Position numbers and translations under genes: made by a program. Shown one piece after another: positions 47,783-57,451 of a DNA stretch of 64,000 bases. Positions within the stretch are counted from its first letter, which is position 1. Each line of letters opens with the position of its first letter. Origin of the DNA: an uncultured Candidatus Saccharibacteria bacterium (GTDB lineage Bacteria; Patescibacteriota; Minisyncoccia; Phycocordibacterales; UBA2100); assembly GCA_964437185.1 (NCBI GenBank), contig CAYTFU010000005.1, positions 2,528 through 66,527 of the forward strand. The letters run 5' to 3'. The notes below the pieces were generated by a model. It searched no databases. It was not told where the DNA came from and saw nothing but the letters and a program-made list of their open reading frames with translations.

Positions 47783-48684
47783 AAAAAATACTTTTTGAAG
47801 GTGCTTTTACCGCTATCGTCACACCGTTTACAAAACGTGGCGGTATTGACCTGCCAGCACTGCGCCGACTTCTTGCGTACCAGCTCGATGGCGGCATCAA
47901 CGGAATCGTGGTGTGCGGCTCTACAGGAGAGGCCGCGACACTTTCCGAAAAGGAGTACAGCCTCGTCGTTCGGCAAACAGTACGGACGGTAGCGGGCAGA
48001 GTTCCTGTCATTGCGGGCGCCGGTTCCAACAACACGCAGAGGGCGATTGCGTGGTCTCGCCTCGCGGCCAAGGCGGGAGCCGACGCACTTCTCCACGTAA
48101 CCCCTTTTTACAACAAACCCACGCCCGACGGCCTAGTCGCCCACTTCAAAGCCATCGCAAAAGCGGTCGACCTACCTATCATCATCTACAATGTTCCCAG
48201 CCGCACCGGACAAAACCTATCCCCCCGACTAGTAGCTCGCATAGGGAAAGAGGTGCCGCGGGTCATCGGCATCAAAGAGGCTGCGGGCAGCATCAATCAA
48301 TTTGGTGAGCTCATGCAGCTCGTTCCGAAACATTTTACGGTACTCTCGGGCGACGATTCGCTCACCATTCCGGCGATGGTGCTCGGAGCGAAGGGGTGTA
48401 TTAGCGTGGTCTCCAATGAAGCGCCGAGGGATTTTTCTCTCCTGTGCGCTGCGGCGCTCCGAGGAGATTGGGAGAATGCGCGAGCGCTTCATTTTCGGCT
48501 TCTTGATTTGATGAACATCAACTTCATCGAGTCCAACCCTTCGCCAGTCAAATGCGCCCTCGCGATGATGGGTATTATCGAAGAATCTTTGAGGCTCCCC
48601 CTCGCACCCCTCGAAAAGAAAAACAGACCGGCGGTGAGGCGGGCACTCCAACAGTTGAAATTGTTACGACATGGCACACATTAA
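47779..48684 (+). CDS. dapA: 4-hydroxy-tetrahydrodipicolinate synthase
   Basis: TAIVTPF, GSTGEAATLS, active-site Lys region GIKEAAG. Confidence 0.9.
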   Translation: MKKILFEGAFTAIVTPFTKRGGIDLPALRRLLAYQLDGGINGIVVCGSTGEAATLSEKEYSLVVRQTVRTVAGRVPVIAGAGSNNTQRAIAWSRLAAKAGADALLHVTPFYNKPTPDGLVAHFKAIAKAVDLPIIIYNVPSRTGQNLSPRLVARIGKEVPRVIGIKEAAGSINQFGELMQLVPKHFTVLSGDDSLTIPAMVLGAKGCISVVSNEAPRDFSLLCAAALRGDWENARALHFRLLDLMNINFIESNPSPVKCALAMMGIIEESLRLPLAPLEKKNRPAVRRALQQLKLLRHGTH

Positions 48685-49867
48685 TCCCAACTTCAGAAAT
48701 GTTGCAGAGGGTTACTTTTTCTCTGAGATCGGGAAACGAGTCGCAGCTTTTAGCGCGGAGAATCCCGGCGTTGAACTCTATCGACTCGGTATCGGCAATA
48801 CCACCGAGGCACTCACTCCCGCAATAATTCGTGGGCTCACGCACGGGGTGGAGAAACTGAGTCGACGCGAGACCTATGCCGGGTATGGAGACGAGCAAGG
48901 CGATGCGCGGCTTCGAAAAGCAGTCGTTGCGCTCTATGCAGAGCGTGGAATTTCATTTGCTCCAAACGAAGTGTTTATCAGCGACGGCGCCAAGTCCGAT
49001 TGCGCCAACATCATGTCGATTTTTTCGCCGAAGAGCGTGATTGCAGTGAGCGATCCGGTGTACCCAGTGTACCGTGACGCGGCCCTCCTCTCGGGGAAGA
49101 AAGTGACATACATGAACGCAACAGAAAAGAATTCTTTTTTTCCCGCGCCACCTTCGGAGCACGCTGATCTGATATTCCTCTGCAGCCCCAACAATCCGAC
49201 AGGAGCCGTCGCGACGAAGGCGCAATTGAAGCGATTTGTCGATTACGCGATCAAACATAAGGCGATCATACTTTTCGACGCAGCGTATTCCGAATTTATC
49301 CGCGATGCTTCGCTTCCAAAAAGTATTTACGAGATCAAGGGAGCAAAACGGTGCGCGATTGAGATTCAGAGTTTTTCGAAATCGGCGGGATTCACGGGCG
49401 TACGCTTGGGATGGACCGTCGTCCCCAATGATCTCGTGATCGCGGATGCTCCCCAAGGCGTCCTCAATCAAATGTGGAATAGACGACAAACCACCATGTT
49501 CAACGGCGCTTCAAACATCGCACAGGAGGGCGGGCTCGCGGCGCTTTCCGCCGCAGGACAGCAACAAACGCGTCGACAAATTGCCTTTTACATGGACAAC
49601 GCGCGAATAATCCGCGATGGCCTTCGGAAGTCCGGATTCACTATCTATGGAGGCGAGAATGCGCCCTATGTATGGCTCAAGTGCCCGAAGGGACGCACCT
49701 CATGGGAATTTTTTGACGACCTTCTCGCAGTTGCTCACGTGATCACGACCCCAGGCATCGGATTCGGATCACAGGGGGAAGGATACTTGAGGCTCTCAGC
49801 GTTTGGCAGCAGGAAAACCATCACCAAGGCTATCAATTCTATTCAAAAACATTTTGCACGCGTATGA
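48671..49867 (+). CDS. dapL: LL-diaminopimelate aminotransferase
   Basis: class I/II aminotransferase, [17 protein letters not shown]-Lys region, overall DapL-like layout. Confidence 0.8.
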   Translation: MAHINPNFRNVAEGYFFSEIGKRVAAFSAENPGVELYRLGIGNTTEALTPAIIRGLTHGVEKLSRRETYAGYGDEQGDARLRKAVVALYAERGISFAPNEVFISDGAKSDCANIMSIFSPKSVIAVSDPVYPVYRDAALLSGKKVTYMNATEKNSFFPAPPSEHADLIFLCSPNNPTGAVATKAQLKRFVDYAIKHKAIILFDAAYSEFIRDASLPKSIYEIKGAKRCAIEIQSFSKSAGFTGVRLGWTVVPNDLVIADAPQGVLNQMWNRRQTTMFNGASNIAQEGGLAALSAAGQQQTRRQIAFYMDNARIIRDGLRKSGFTIYGGENAPYVWLKCPKGRTSWEFFDDLLAVAHVITTPGIGFGSQGEGYLRLSAFGSRKTITKAINSIQKHFARV

Positions 49868-50703
49868 AAATGCAATTTACAAAAATGCAGGGACTTGGCA
49901 ACGATTTCGTCGTCTTCGACGGTATCAACCAAAAGATACAGATGACGAGGAAGATTGCGCGCCGACTTGCGGATCGACATTTCGGCATTGGATGCGACCA
50001 GATACTAATCGTCGAGCGCCCCAAGAGTAAGGAGGCAGACTTTGGATACCGCATTTGGAATTCCGACGGTGGCGAAGTGGAGCAGTGCGGCAACGGAGCA
50101 CGATGCTTTGTACGATTCGTGATTGATAAGAAGCTTACGCTCAAAAAAGAAATTCGCGTCGAAACCAAGGGCGGTATCATAATCCCGCGTCTCGAATTAA
50201 ACGGTGAAATCACCGTGGATATGGGTATGCCAATCTTTGAGCCCAAACGCATTCCCTTTACGAGTGACTCCACGGAGATGGTGCAACCACTCGAAGTAGG
50301 CGGCGAAGTGATCGAAATCTCAGCCGTGTCGATGGGCAATCCTCACGCGGTGCAGGTGGTTCCCGATATCGATGCGGCTCCGGTGACGAGCCAGGGGCCG
50401 CTCATAGAAAATCACCCCTGCTTCCCCCTGCGCGTGAATGCGGGCTATATGCAAATTGTCGACCGAAAAAATATCCGACTACGGGTCTGGGAGCGCGGAG
50501 CGGGCGAAACACTCGCGTGCGGCACTGGCGCGTGTGCGGCCGTCGCCGCAGGCATCCGTCGCGGGCTACTCGAATCATCAGTAACAGTCGCAACGCGCGG
50601 GGGCAAACTCACCATCCGTTGGGAGGAGAAAAATAATCTTCCATCGCCAGTCAAAATGACGGGGCCGGCGGAAAGCGTTTTTGACGGAGAAATAGATCTG
50701 TAG
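49864..50703 (+). CDS. dapF: diaminopimelate epimerase
   Basis: [14 protein letters not shown]-terminus, two catalytic Cys regions ([18 protein letters not shown]). Confidence 0.9.
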   Translation: MKMQFTKMQGLGNDFVVFDGINQKIQMTRKIARRLADRHFGIGCDQILIVERPKSKEADFGYRIWNSDGGEVEQCGNGARCFVRFVIDKKLTLKKEIRVETKGGIIIPRLELNGEITVDMGMPIFEPKRIPFTSDSTEMVQPLEVGGEVIEISAVSMGNPHAVQVVPDIDAAPVTSQGPLIENHPCFPLRVNAGYMQIVDRKNIRLRVWERGAGETLACGTGACAAVAAGIRRGLLESSVTVATRGGKLTIRWEEKNNLPSPVKMTGPAESVFDGEIDL

Positions 50704-50715
50704 GCTAGTTGTAGG

Positions 50716-51705
50716 TTAGTGCCGAAAATGGCGGATGCCGGTGAAAACCATGGCAATGCCTGCGGCGTTCGCAGCGCTAATTGAATCCTGATCTTTAAGA
50801 GAACCGCCCGGCTGGATAATCGCCGTAATCCCCTCCTGCGCAGCCACGTCCACGCAATCAGGAAACGGCATAAAAGCATCGGAGGCCATTACGGCGCCTT
50901 CGAGAGAAATTTTCTCGTCGGCCGCCTTAATCGCGGCAAGCCGCGCGGAGTATATGCGGCTCATCTGCCCCGCGCCTATTCCTACTGTCGCGCCATCTTT
51001 TGCATACACGATCGCGTTGGACTTTACGTGTTTGCATACGGTGAATGCAAAGAGTAGGTCAGCGAGTTCTTTTTCTGTTGGCACGCGCGTGGTGACTGTT
51101 TTTACCTCACCGTCAAACACCTTCGCATCGGCGGTCTGTACGAGTACGCCACCCGCGATTGATCGCATGGTCGTACGAGGTTCCGCAGGATCGGGCATTG
51201 ATCCCGTGAGGAGCACGCGCACATTCGGCTTCACCGAAAGAATCGTGAGCGCTTCTTCCTCGGCATCGGGAGCGATGATTACTTCGAGAAATATTTTGAC
51301 AAGCTCGCTCGCAAGATCGGCAGTGATTTTCGAATTGAGCGCGACGATACCGCCAAAGGCAGAGACGGTGTCGCACGCAAACGCTCGCATGTAGGCATCG
51401 TGAATCGTGTCCGCAACCGCCACTCCACACGGGTTCATGTGCTTCACGATCACAGCGGCTGGCTCCTCAAACTCGGCGACGCATTCAAAGGCCGCGTCGG
51501 CGTCCTGCAAATTGTTGAAGCTGAGTTCCTTCCCCTGCACCATGCGCGCAGACGCGACGCCCGGTCGGACGTCGCCTGGATTTCTGTACAAAGCCGCTGC
51601 TTGGTGAGGATTCTCACCGTAGCGAAGCGCGCTTATTTTCTCGAGCCTCAGCGAGAGAGGCGATGGAAGCTGTTCTTGCTCGTGATCCGCTTCGTTCATT
51701 GCCAC
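50716..51705 (-). CDS. purH: AICAR transformylase domain protein (PurH C-terminal domain only, no IMP-cyclohydrolase/MGS domain)
   Basis: [10 protein letters not shown] near the N-terminus corresponds to about residue 220 of bifunctional PurH; GTG start; 329 aa. Confidence 0.8.
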   Translation of the reverse strand: MAMNEADHEQEQLPSPLSLRLEKISALRYGENPHQAAALYRNPGDVRPGVASARMVQGKELSFNNLQDADAAFECVAEFEEPAAVIVKHMNPCGVAVADTIHDAYMRAFACDTVSAFGGIVALNSKITADLASELVKIFLEVIIAPDAEEEALTILSVKPNVRVLLTGSMPDPAEPRTTMRSIAGGVLVQTADAKVFDGEVKTVTTRVPTEKELADLLFAFTVCKHVKSNAIVYAKDGATVGIGAGQMSRIYSARLAAIKAADEKISLEGAVMASDAFMPFPDCVDVAAQEGITAIIQPGGSLKDQDSISAANAAGIAMVFTGIRHFRH

Positions 51706-52648
51706 ATACTACTACGCCTCAGCTCATTTCTCCATCGCGAAACTACTCTACAACGATCACCTTGCCGTACACGCCGCCCTTCACGTGATTGTGGTACGGC
51801 CATGTACCCACCTTCTCAAACTTCGTAGTATACGTTGCTCCAACTGCACACTGGTCAAATGCAGTGTCAGTCGTGTCGGGACAGTGCTCTTTGAGTGTCG
51901 TACCCGCGTAGCCTTTGTGATCCGGGTGCATCGCGGTCGCTACCCACATATCGGGACCTGTGCTCGTGAAGGTAACGGTACTTCCCTTCTTAACCGTCAC
52001 TTCAGCGGGAGTAAACGCTGCACCATCGTACGAAACTCCACACGGGTTCATGTGCTTCACGATCACAGCGGCTGGCTCCTCAAACTCGGCGACGCATTCA
52101 AAGGCCGCGTCGGCGTCCTGCAAATTGTTGAAGCTGAGTTCCTTCCCCTGCACCATGCGCGCAGACGCGACGCCCGGTCGGACGTCGCCTGGATTTCTGT
52201 ACAAAGCCGCTGCTTGGTGAGGATTCTCACCGTAGCGAAGCGCGCTTATTTTCTCGAGCCTCAGCGAGAGAGGCGATGGAAGCTGTTCTTGCTCGTGATC
52301 CGCTTCGTTCATTGCCACATACTACTACGCCTCAGCTCATTTCTCCATCGCGAAACTACTCTACAACGATCACCTTGCCGTACACGCCGCCCTTCACGTG
52401 ATTGTGGTACGGCCATGTACCCACCTTCTCAAACTTCGTAGTATACGTTGCTCCAACTGCACACTGGTCAAATGCAGTGTCAGTCGTGTCGGGACAGTGC
52501 TCTTTGAGTGTCGTACCCGCGTAGCCTTTGTGATCCGGGTGCATCGCGGTCGCTACCCACATATCGGGACCTGTGCTCGTGAAGGTAACGGTACTTCCCT
52601 TCTTAACCGTCACTTCAGCGGGAGTAAACGCTGCACCATCGTACGAAA
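51423..52648. repeat. perfect tandem duplication, 2 x 613 bp
   Basis: 51423..52035 equals 52036..52648; junction gcaccatcgtacgaaac|tccacacggg. Confidence 0.85.
51743..52318 (-). pseudogene. chimeric ORF created by the duplication: PurH residues 1-95 fused to the C-terminal 96 residues of the cupredoxin-like protein
   Basis: first 95 aa identical to 50716..51705 product, remainder identical to the C-terminus of 52356..52820 product. Confidence 0.6.
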
Positions 52649-52820
52649 CAGTCGCTGTTGTCGCAGCTGCCGGAACCCCCGCATCAGTCGGCACAGCTGG
52701 GACGGTCGGAACTGCTGCAACCGGCGCTGGATTCTCCACCGAAGCCGCAGAACCCTTCATAAGCCAATATCCGCCACCAAGTACTACAATTATTATCACT
52801 ATCCACATCACTGGTTTCAT
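52356..52820 (-). CDS. cupredoxin-like (plastocyanin-fold) membrane-anchored protein
   Basis: N-terminal [15 protein letters not shown] ... HPDHKGYAG ... CPD ... [10 protein letters not shown]: His/Cys/His ligand-like pattern. Confidence 0.65.
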   Translation of the reverse strand: MKPVMWIVIIIVVLGGGYWLMKGSAASVENPAPVAAVPTVPAVPTDAGVPAAATTATVSYDGAAFTPAEVTVKKGSTVTFTSTGPDMWVATAMHPDHKGYAGTTLKEHCPDTTDTAFDQCAVGATYTTKFEKVGTWPYHNHVKGGVYGKVIVVE

Positions 52821-52915
52821 AAAATAAAGAAATAGAATCTAATATCGAGAAAGTATACTATGTGTGCTCTTGAATAAAACTTTCGCTGTGGAACAAAACG
52901 TGTCCTATTATGGCA

Positions 52916-53383
52916 CTACTGCACAATAATCAAACCTGTCTGATATCCATGCAAGTGATCGTGATAGCGCCACTCGCCCGCGTAATTAAACGTGTAGTCG
53001 AAAAACTGCCCCGGATTCAGCACGGCGCACGAATCGAAAGAACTTCCGAGACAATCGGATTCATTCTTCTCCGGATAGAGCGTGTGGGTGGGGTGGAGAG
53101 CGGAGGCTGGCCATACACTCTCTTTTGAGTCGTTGAGAAAACGGATCCGTTCGCCCTTCTTAATCGTTACCGACTCCGGTTCGAATCCCTTGTCCGTGTA
53201 TCGGATCATAACGTCAAATGAATCCGTGTCGACATCTGCACTTCCGACGACACCGAGCCCTGGCGCTTCTGTGTTTTGCTCATACTGATCGACGGAGCGC
53301 GTCGAGATATATTGATACACCAAACCTGCAACAGCCCCCGCAACCAATAACAACAAGAGTACCCATGTGCGGGGCATTCGCAT
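52916..53383 (-). CDS. cupredoxin-like membrane-anchored protein, paralog
   Basis: same architecture: TM anchor, VTIKKGERIRFLN, HPTHTLYPEKNESDC, WRYHDHLHG. Confidence 0.6.
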   Translation of the reverse strand: MRMPRTWVLLLLLVAGAVAGLVYQYISTRSVDQYEQNTEAPGLGVVGSADVDTDSFDVMIRYTDKGFEPESVTIKKGERIRFLNDSKESVWPASALHPTHTLYPEKNESDCLGSSFDSCAVLNPGQFFDYTFNYAGEWRYHDHLHGYQTGLIIVQ

Positions 53384-53385
53384 AC

Positions 53386-54060
53386 TTACGCCGATTTTGT
53401 ACGCGCCAAAAAGTCCTTCCCATGCCCGACGTCAGTGTTCACGGGAATTCCTCCCTTACAGAGATCGCAGTCAGCCTCCGGCCACTGACTCAGGTGGACG
53501 GTAAGAAGCGAGACAAACTCGTCGGGATTATCAACGACCTCCTTGGTCACACCTCCTCTATTACAAATTGCGACGGCACCCACCACCTCGGCGCCCGCGG
53601 CGCGCGTCGCGATGATGACCTTCTTGAGCGAGCCACCGGTCGTCACCAAATCTTCTACCACGAGCACCTTTTTGTCCTTAATGAGCGCATCGTACCCACG
53701 ACGAATTGCAAACCCTTGCGCCTCATCTTTATCCGCATAGGTACTGTATACCTCTTTACCCTCAAGTTCCGAAAGGTGGTATGCAACCCACTGAGAGAGA
53801 ATGATGCCCCCTGTCGACGGGCCGACGACAGCCTCTATACCCTTCCCCTTAAACGTCTCCGCAATGCTTCGACAGAGCGCGGACATTTCGCGTGTAAATG
53901 GATACATCGCGTTTTTGTTGACGTACGTATCCATATGAAGCCCCGACGCGCCGACGAAATGTCCGGCACGAAACGCGCCTACCCGTTGCAATAAATCTAA
54001 AACCTCTGCTTCACTCATCGACATACAAAGTATTCTATAGCGCTTTTGAAATTGCGCCAT
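53386..54060 (-). CDS. pyrE: orotate phosphoribosyltransferase-like (type I PRTase)
   Basis: VLVVEDLVTTGGSL PRPP-binding motif; adjacent to pyrF. Confidence 0.75.
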   Translation of the reverse strand: MAQFQKRYRILCMSMSEAEVLDLLQRVGAFRAGHFVGASGLHMDTYVNKNAMYPFTREMSALCRSIAETFKGKGIEAVVGPSTGGIILSQWVAYHLSELEGKEVYSTYADKDEAQGFAIRRGYDALIKDKKVLVVEDLVTTGGSLKKVIIATRAAGAEVVGAVAICNRGGVTKEVVDNPDEFVSLLTVHLSQWPEADCDLCKGGIPVNTDVGHGKDFLARTKSA

Positions 54061-54865
54061 TCAATTCTATAACCTTTTCGCGCGCTGCTTCTGCAAAATC
54101 CTTTTCGAGCGATGCAAAAATGACCGCGCGCGACGCGCAGATGATCATTCCCCTTCCGCGACTATCTTTGCCAGAGGCAACCGTTTTCTCAAGATCGCCA
54201 CCCTGCGCACCGATGCCCGGAATAAGAATTGGCATATCGACTACGATTCGCCGCACAGCGGCAAGATCGTCGGTGTTGGTCGCGCCGACCATGATCATCG
54301 TGTTGCCATTGCGATTCCACGCACCGGCCGTCATCGTGGCGACGGTCTGATAGAGCGGTACATCGCCCACCTGCAAACTTTGGATTTCACCAGCCCCGGG
54401 ATTGGAGGATCGACACAGCACGATAATGCCTTTGTCTTTCCTGTCGAAAAAAGGCTGAAGGGCATCTGAACCAAAGTACGGGTGCACGGTAATGGCGTCG
54501 GCGTGCAGGTGGTCAAATGCAAATTGCGCATACTGACTATTCGTGTTGCCAATGTCTCCACGCTTTGCGTCGAGCACCACCGGCACGTCAGGCGCTTGAT
54601 CGTTGATGTACTGAATCGTCTCGCGTAGCGCGCGGTACCCTTCGTCGCCCCACGCCTCGTAAAACGCGCTGTTGGGTTTGTATGAGCACACGAGATCTTT
54701 CGTCGCATCAACGATTCCTCGATTGAAAGCGACAATCGACTCACGCACGCTACCCTTTCGAATCCATTCTGGAATACTTTCAAAATCACTGTCGAGCCCA
54801 ACACACAAAAATTTTCCCTCGTCCCACTTTTTATCCAAAAGGGCCCTAAAATTCCTCTGGCTCAT
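54035..54865 (-). CDS. pyrF: orotidine 5'-phosphate decarboxylase (long type 2)
   Basis: VVLDAKRGDIGNT active-site Lys/Asp block; start placed at MSQRNF. Confidence 0.85.
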   Translation of the reverse strand: MSQRNFRALLDKKWDEGKFLCVGLDSDFESIPEWIRKGSVRESIVAFNRGIVDATKDLVCSYKPNSAFYEAWGDEGYRALRETIQYINDQAPDVPVVLDAKRGDIGNTNSQYAQFAFDHLHADAITVHPYFGSDALQPFFDRKDKGIIVLCRSSNPGAGEIQSLQVGDVPLYQTVATMTAGAWNRNGNTMIMVGATNTDDLAAVRRIVVDMPILIPGIGAQGGDLEKTVASGKDSRGRGMIICASRAVIFASLEKDFAEAAREKVIELNGAISKAL

Positions 54866-54922
54866 TAGGGGACATACTAACATAAAAGGGCAAAAAATTA
54901 TCCGGCGAGGGTTCAACATACT

Positions 54923-55342
54923 TCATGTTGAATCCCCCGCCGGCCTTTGCTGAAGCGACCAACGATACCGCCCGCCGCTCATTTCCAGAAAAAATACAGG
55001 AAATTGCGTAGTAGAACTCCCGTGAACTTCTTCGAGAGCCGCAACTTTCTCCCAAAGACTTTCCCGCGGAACATTTCGATGTTTCGCGACTTCTTGAGCA
55101 AAAAACCCATTTTTACAGGGCAGATCGACGATGTAAACGTCGAAACCTTCACGGATTGGATTTACCGCAACGACGCGAGTTTTACCGTTGAGCCCGAGCT
55201 TGGCTTTTGCAGCCGCCTGCAATTCGTTTCCGCAATTGGGAACGCGAAAAACCATTTGCGCCTCCTGTGTTAGGAACACTCGTTGTCCAGACCATCCCGG
55301 ACAACTTCGTATCCCCAACGCCTCAAAGAACAGTAAGAACAA
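54923..55342 (-). CDS. hypothetical protein
   Basis: 139-aa ORF co-directional with pyrF; competing 108-aa ORF on the + strand (54947..55273); neither has a recognisable motif. Confidence 0.3.
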   Translation of the reverse strand: MFLLFFEALGIRSCPGWSGQRVFLTQEAQMVFRVPNCGNELQAAAKAKLGLNGKTRVVAVNPIREGFDVYIVDLPCKNGFFAQEVAKHRNVPRESLWEKVAALEEVHGSSTTQFPVFFLEMSGGRYRWSLQQRPAGDST

Positions 55343-55373
55343 AACAAAAACCCTCCGAGCGGAGGGTTTTTGT
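55341..55373. terminator. bidirectional hairpin terminator
   Basis: ccctccg agc ggaggg flanked by aaaacaaaaa and tttttgt. Confidence 0.6.
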
Positions 55374-55499
55374 CTGAATGTCTAGTTTTTAGATATGCAG
55401 GCAAAACACCTCCGCTTTCGTGCGCATCGCCATCATCATATTTGCGGAGAACATTTGCATATCAATACGAGTGTAACCGACTCATACATCTTGTCAAAT

Positions 55500-55537
55500 A
55501 TTAAAACTTGGGGGAGGCTCGACGCTGTCGAGCCTCC
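55500..55537 (-). terminator. hairpin with 11-bp stem plus short U-tract on the minus strand
   Basis: ggaggctcgac/gtcgagcctcc, minus strand continues ccaagtttt. Confidence 0.45.
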
Positions 55538-56151
55538 ATCCCAATGCGCCATGAGGTCAGCTTCCCCCGGGTTCAGCGTAGGCTGATGGCCGCTCGCCAC
55601 CGATGACCGGCAAGGCGTGGATGTCGCAGCGAAATATACGCGGTGGGCTGCCTAGAGCACCAACTCCCGCTACGACTTTCGTAGCGAACTTACAACACTC
55701 GGAGCACTTCGTGCCCACAGGCACCGCCTCAGGAGTCGCCATTTTCGACACCCTCGCCCATGTCTCCCGTGCAAGGCAGCTCATCCCTCGGCACATGCCG
55801 AGTCGGACCACCGCCGTCCAAAGGGACACCACCGTACAATCCGACTGGCCTCTGTCGTGGCGTGTATTCAATCCGCCGAGACGTATTGCCGTTTGACTCT
55901 TCACGACTCATTTTCGCCTTACCTCCAAAAAGATCGGATTACGAACGCACGCGCGTCCGCCCGGGTTGATCGCTGTGATCATGATCCGGAATCGAGTCGC
56001 TGGACGAGCCGATTCCGAAACACGAAAAAGGCCCCCTTTCGGGAGCCTTCTGCATTTCGTTTTTTGTGAAATTAAATGCGCAAAGCTCCCGGGGTGCCGG
56101 TAATAATCGAAATAATGCTAATCGCGCGCATCTGCTTCATGTATCCATATA

Positions 56152-56733
56152 CTATTCCATGGCTTGTTTGTTGTCAATTTTGTGGAAAAGGTGAATGCTC
56201 GATATGAGTAGCGAAAAAGCGAAGGCCGCGGTTGGGAAAAAACTCTCTGCCATTGTCCATGTACCAAGCGTAAAGATGTTGGTACCCGACGCAAAGAGTC
56301 CCATGAGCCAAGGAGGCGCTTGGCGAGGTTCGGGGCGCTTATATGCAGCAATGGCATTGGGTGCTCCAGCGACAAGATATTTTCCGATTGTAAGACTTAC
56401 GAGAGCGAAGATTGGCCCTGCTATGTACCAAAGAACGAGACATACGAGCGTGACAATGGTGCAAATATTTTCCAACATCCCCCACTTCCAATTGCCTTTG
56501 AAAAAAAGTACAAACGTCAGCAGGAGCGTGCCTGTGAAAAGTCCGGCGGAAAGAAACGGCACGGTGGCCCCAGATGCGAGCGACGCAAGAAGAATCGAGC
56601 CGTCTATGATGGACCACAATGCCATCGTAGCCACGCTCAGGTGAAAACTACCCCGCGTGACGCCATAAATCAAAAGGAGACCCGAGAGAAAGGCAACTAT
56701 TCCACCCATCAGCGCAAGCACCTGCATGCCCAT
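56152..56733 (-). CDS. polytopic membrane protein, paralog family member 1
   Basis: 193 aa, about 6 hydrophobic helices; paralogous to 56736..57332 and 58102..58686. Confidence 0.5.
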   Translation of the reverse strand: MGMQVLALMGGIVAFLSGLLLIYGVTRGSFHLSVATMALWSIIDGSILLASLASGATVPFLSAGLFTGTLLLTFVLFFKGNWKWGMLENICTIVTLVCLVLWYIAGPIFALVSLTIGKYLVAGAPNAIAAYKRPEPRQAPPWLMGLFASGTNIFTLGTWTMAESFFPTAAFAFSLLISSIHLFHKIDNKQAME

Positions 56734-56735
56734 AA

Positions 56736-57332
56736 TTAATTACCCTTGATCTTAGTGGGGAGTTGCTTACGACGGATCACGAGCGTCGCGACGAGCACTC
56801 CATCGAGTACGCCGCACCAGAGAGGGTAGAGGAAGGTCGTGAGAGTGAGCGTTTCGAGCGCAGGAATCACTAAGAACCATCGCACCGAACTCATGGCAAA
56901 TTGCGAGATCGTCTCTTGGTAGGGCCTATTATAAGATTTTCGAAATGTTGGAAGGAATGCGAAGAAATCGGCGAGAATTATAAACAGCACGGCAAGCAAA
57001 GGCTGGTCTGCGCCCTGCCAAAGGACAATCGCCGCAATCGCGAGAAAGAGGCAGATCCAATCGGTAAACGGTATGATTTTTTCTCCCCGCGTGTATGCAA
57101 AAAGTGTTATCCCAAAGCAACACAACGACTCAATACCCGTAACAATTGCCCCTATTCCTCCCCCCTCCGCGAGCTGGATGAAAAAGGTGATGCCCACGAG
57201 CAGCGACCAAATGAGCCACGAGAAAACGTGAGGCTTGGTCGTCCCCTTTACGATGTCGCGATAGTACGGATAGAAACTCGCGAGTCCGATGATGGTGCCA
57301 ATTGTGACGAGCGCAACCTGATAATCGTACAT
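56736..57332 (-). CDS. polytopic membrane protein, paralog family member 2
   Basis: 198 aa; shared N-terminal motif YPYYRDIVKGTTKPHVFSW. Confidence 0.55.
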   Translation of the reverse strand: MYDYQVALVTIGTIIGLASFYPYYRDIVKGTTKPHVFSWLIWSLLVGITFFIQLAEGGGIGAIVTGIESLCCFGITLFAYTRGEKIIPFTDWICLFLAIAAIVLWQGADQPLLAVLFIILADFFAFLPTFRKSYNRPYQETISQFAMSSVRWFLVIPALETLTLTTFLYPLWCGVLDGVLVATLVIRRKQLPTKIKGN

Positions 57333-57387
57333 TGGGAACAGTGTACCTCACGTTCGTTGCAGGAACACATTACGTGAGTAAGCATTG

Positions 57388-57421
57388 TCTTATTATTCTA
57401 CGATCGGAGATTCATAAGATA
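57388..57421. repeat. hairpin-forming repeat B1 (tcttat...ataaga arms)
   Basis: gtcttattattctacgatcggagattcataagatat; direct repeat of 58039..58075. Confidence 0.6.
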
Positions 57422-57451
57422 TATTTAAATTGCCTCGTAACTGGAGAGAGT

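Noticed and set aside
54947-55273. 108-aa plus-strand ORF competing with the 139-aa minus-strand ORF upstream of pyrF
   Set aside because: Neither has a recognisable motif. I listed only the minus-strand one, which is co-directional with pyrF-pyrE, at low confidence. The plus-strand ORF is not excluded.
55540-56060. RNase P RNA or tmRNA in the GC-rich, ORF-poor segment
   Set aside because: A ggtcagcttc / gaagctgacc string and a cccgggt..aggctg string resemble M1 RNA ends. I derived the full minus-strand sequence and found none of the conserved P4, GGAAAGUCCGG, GUGAAA or ACAGAACCCGGCUUA elements. No tRNA-like T-arm was found either.
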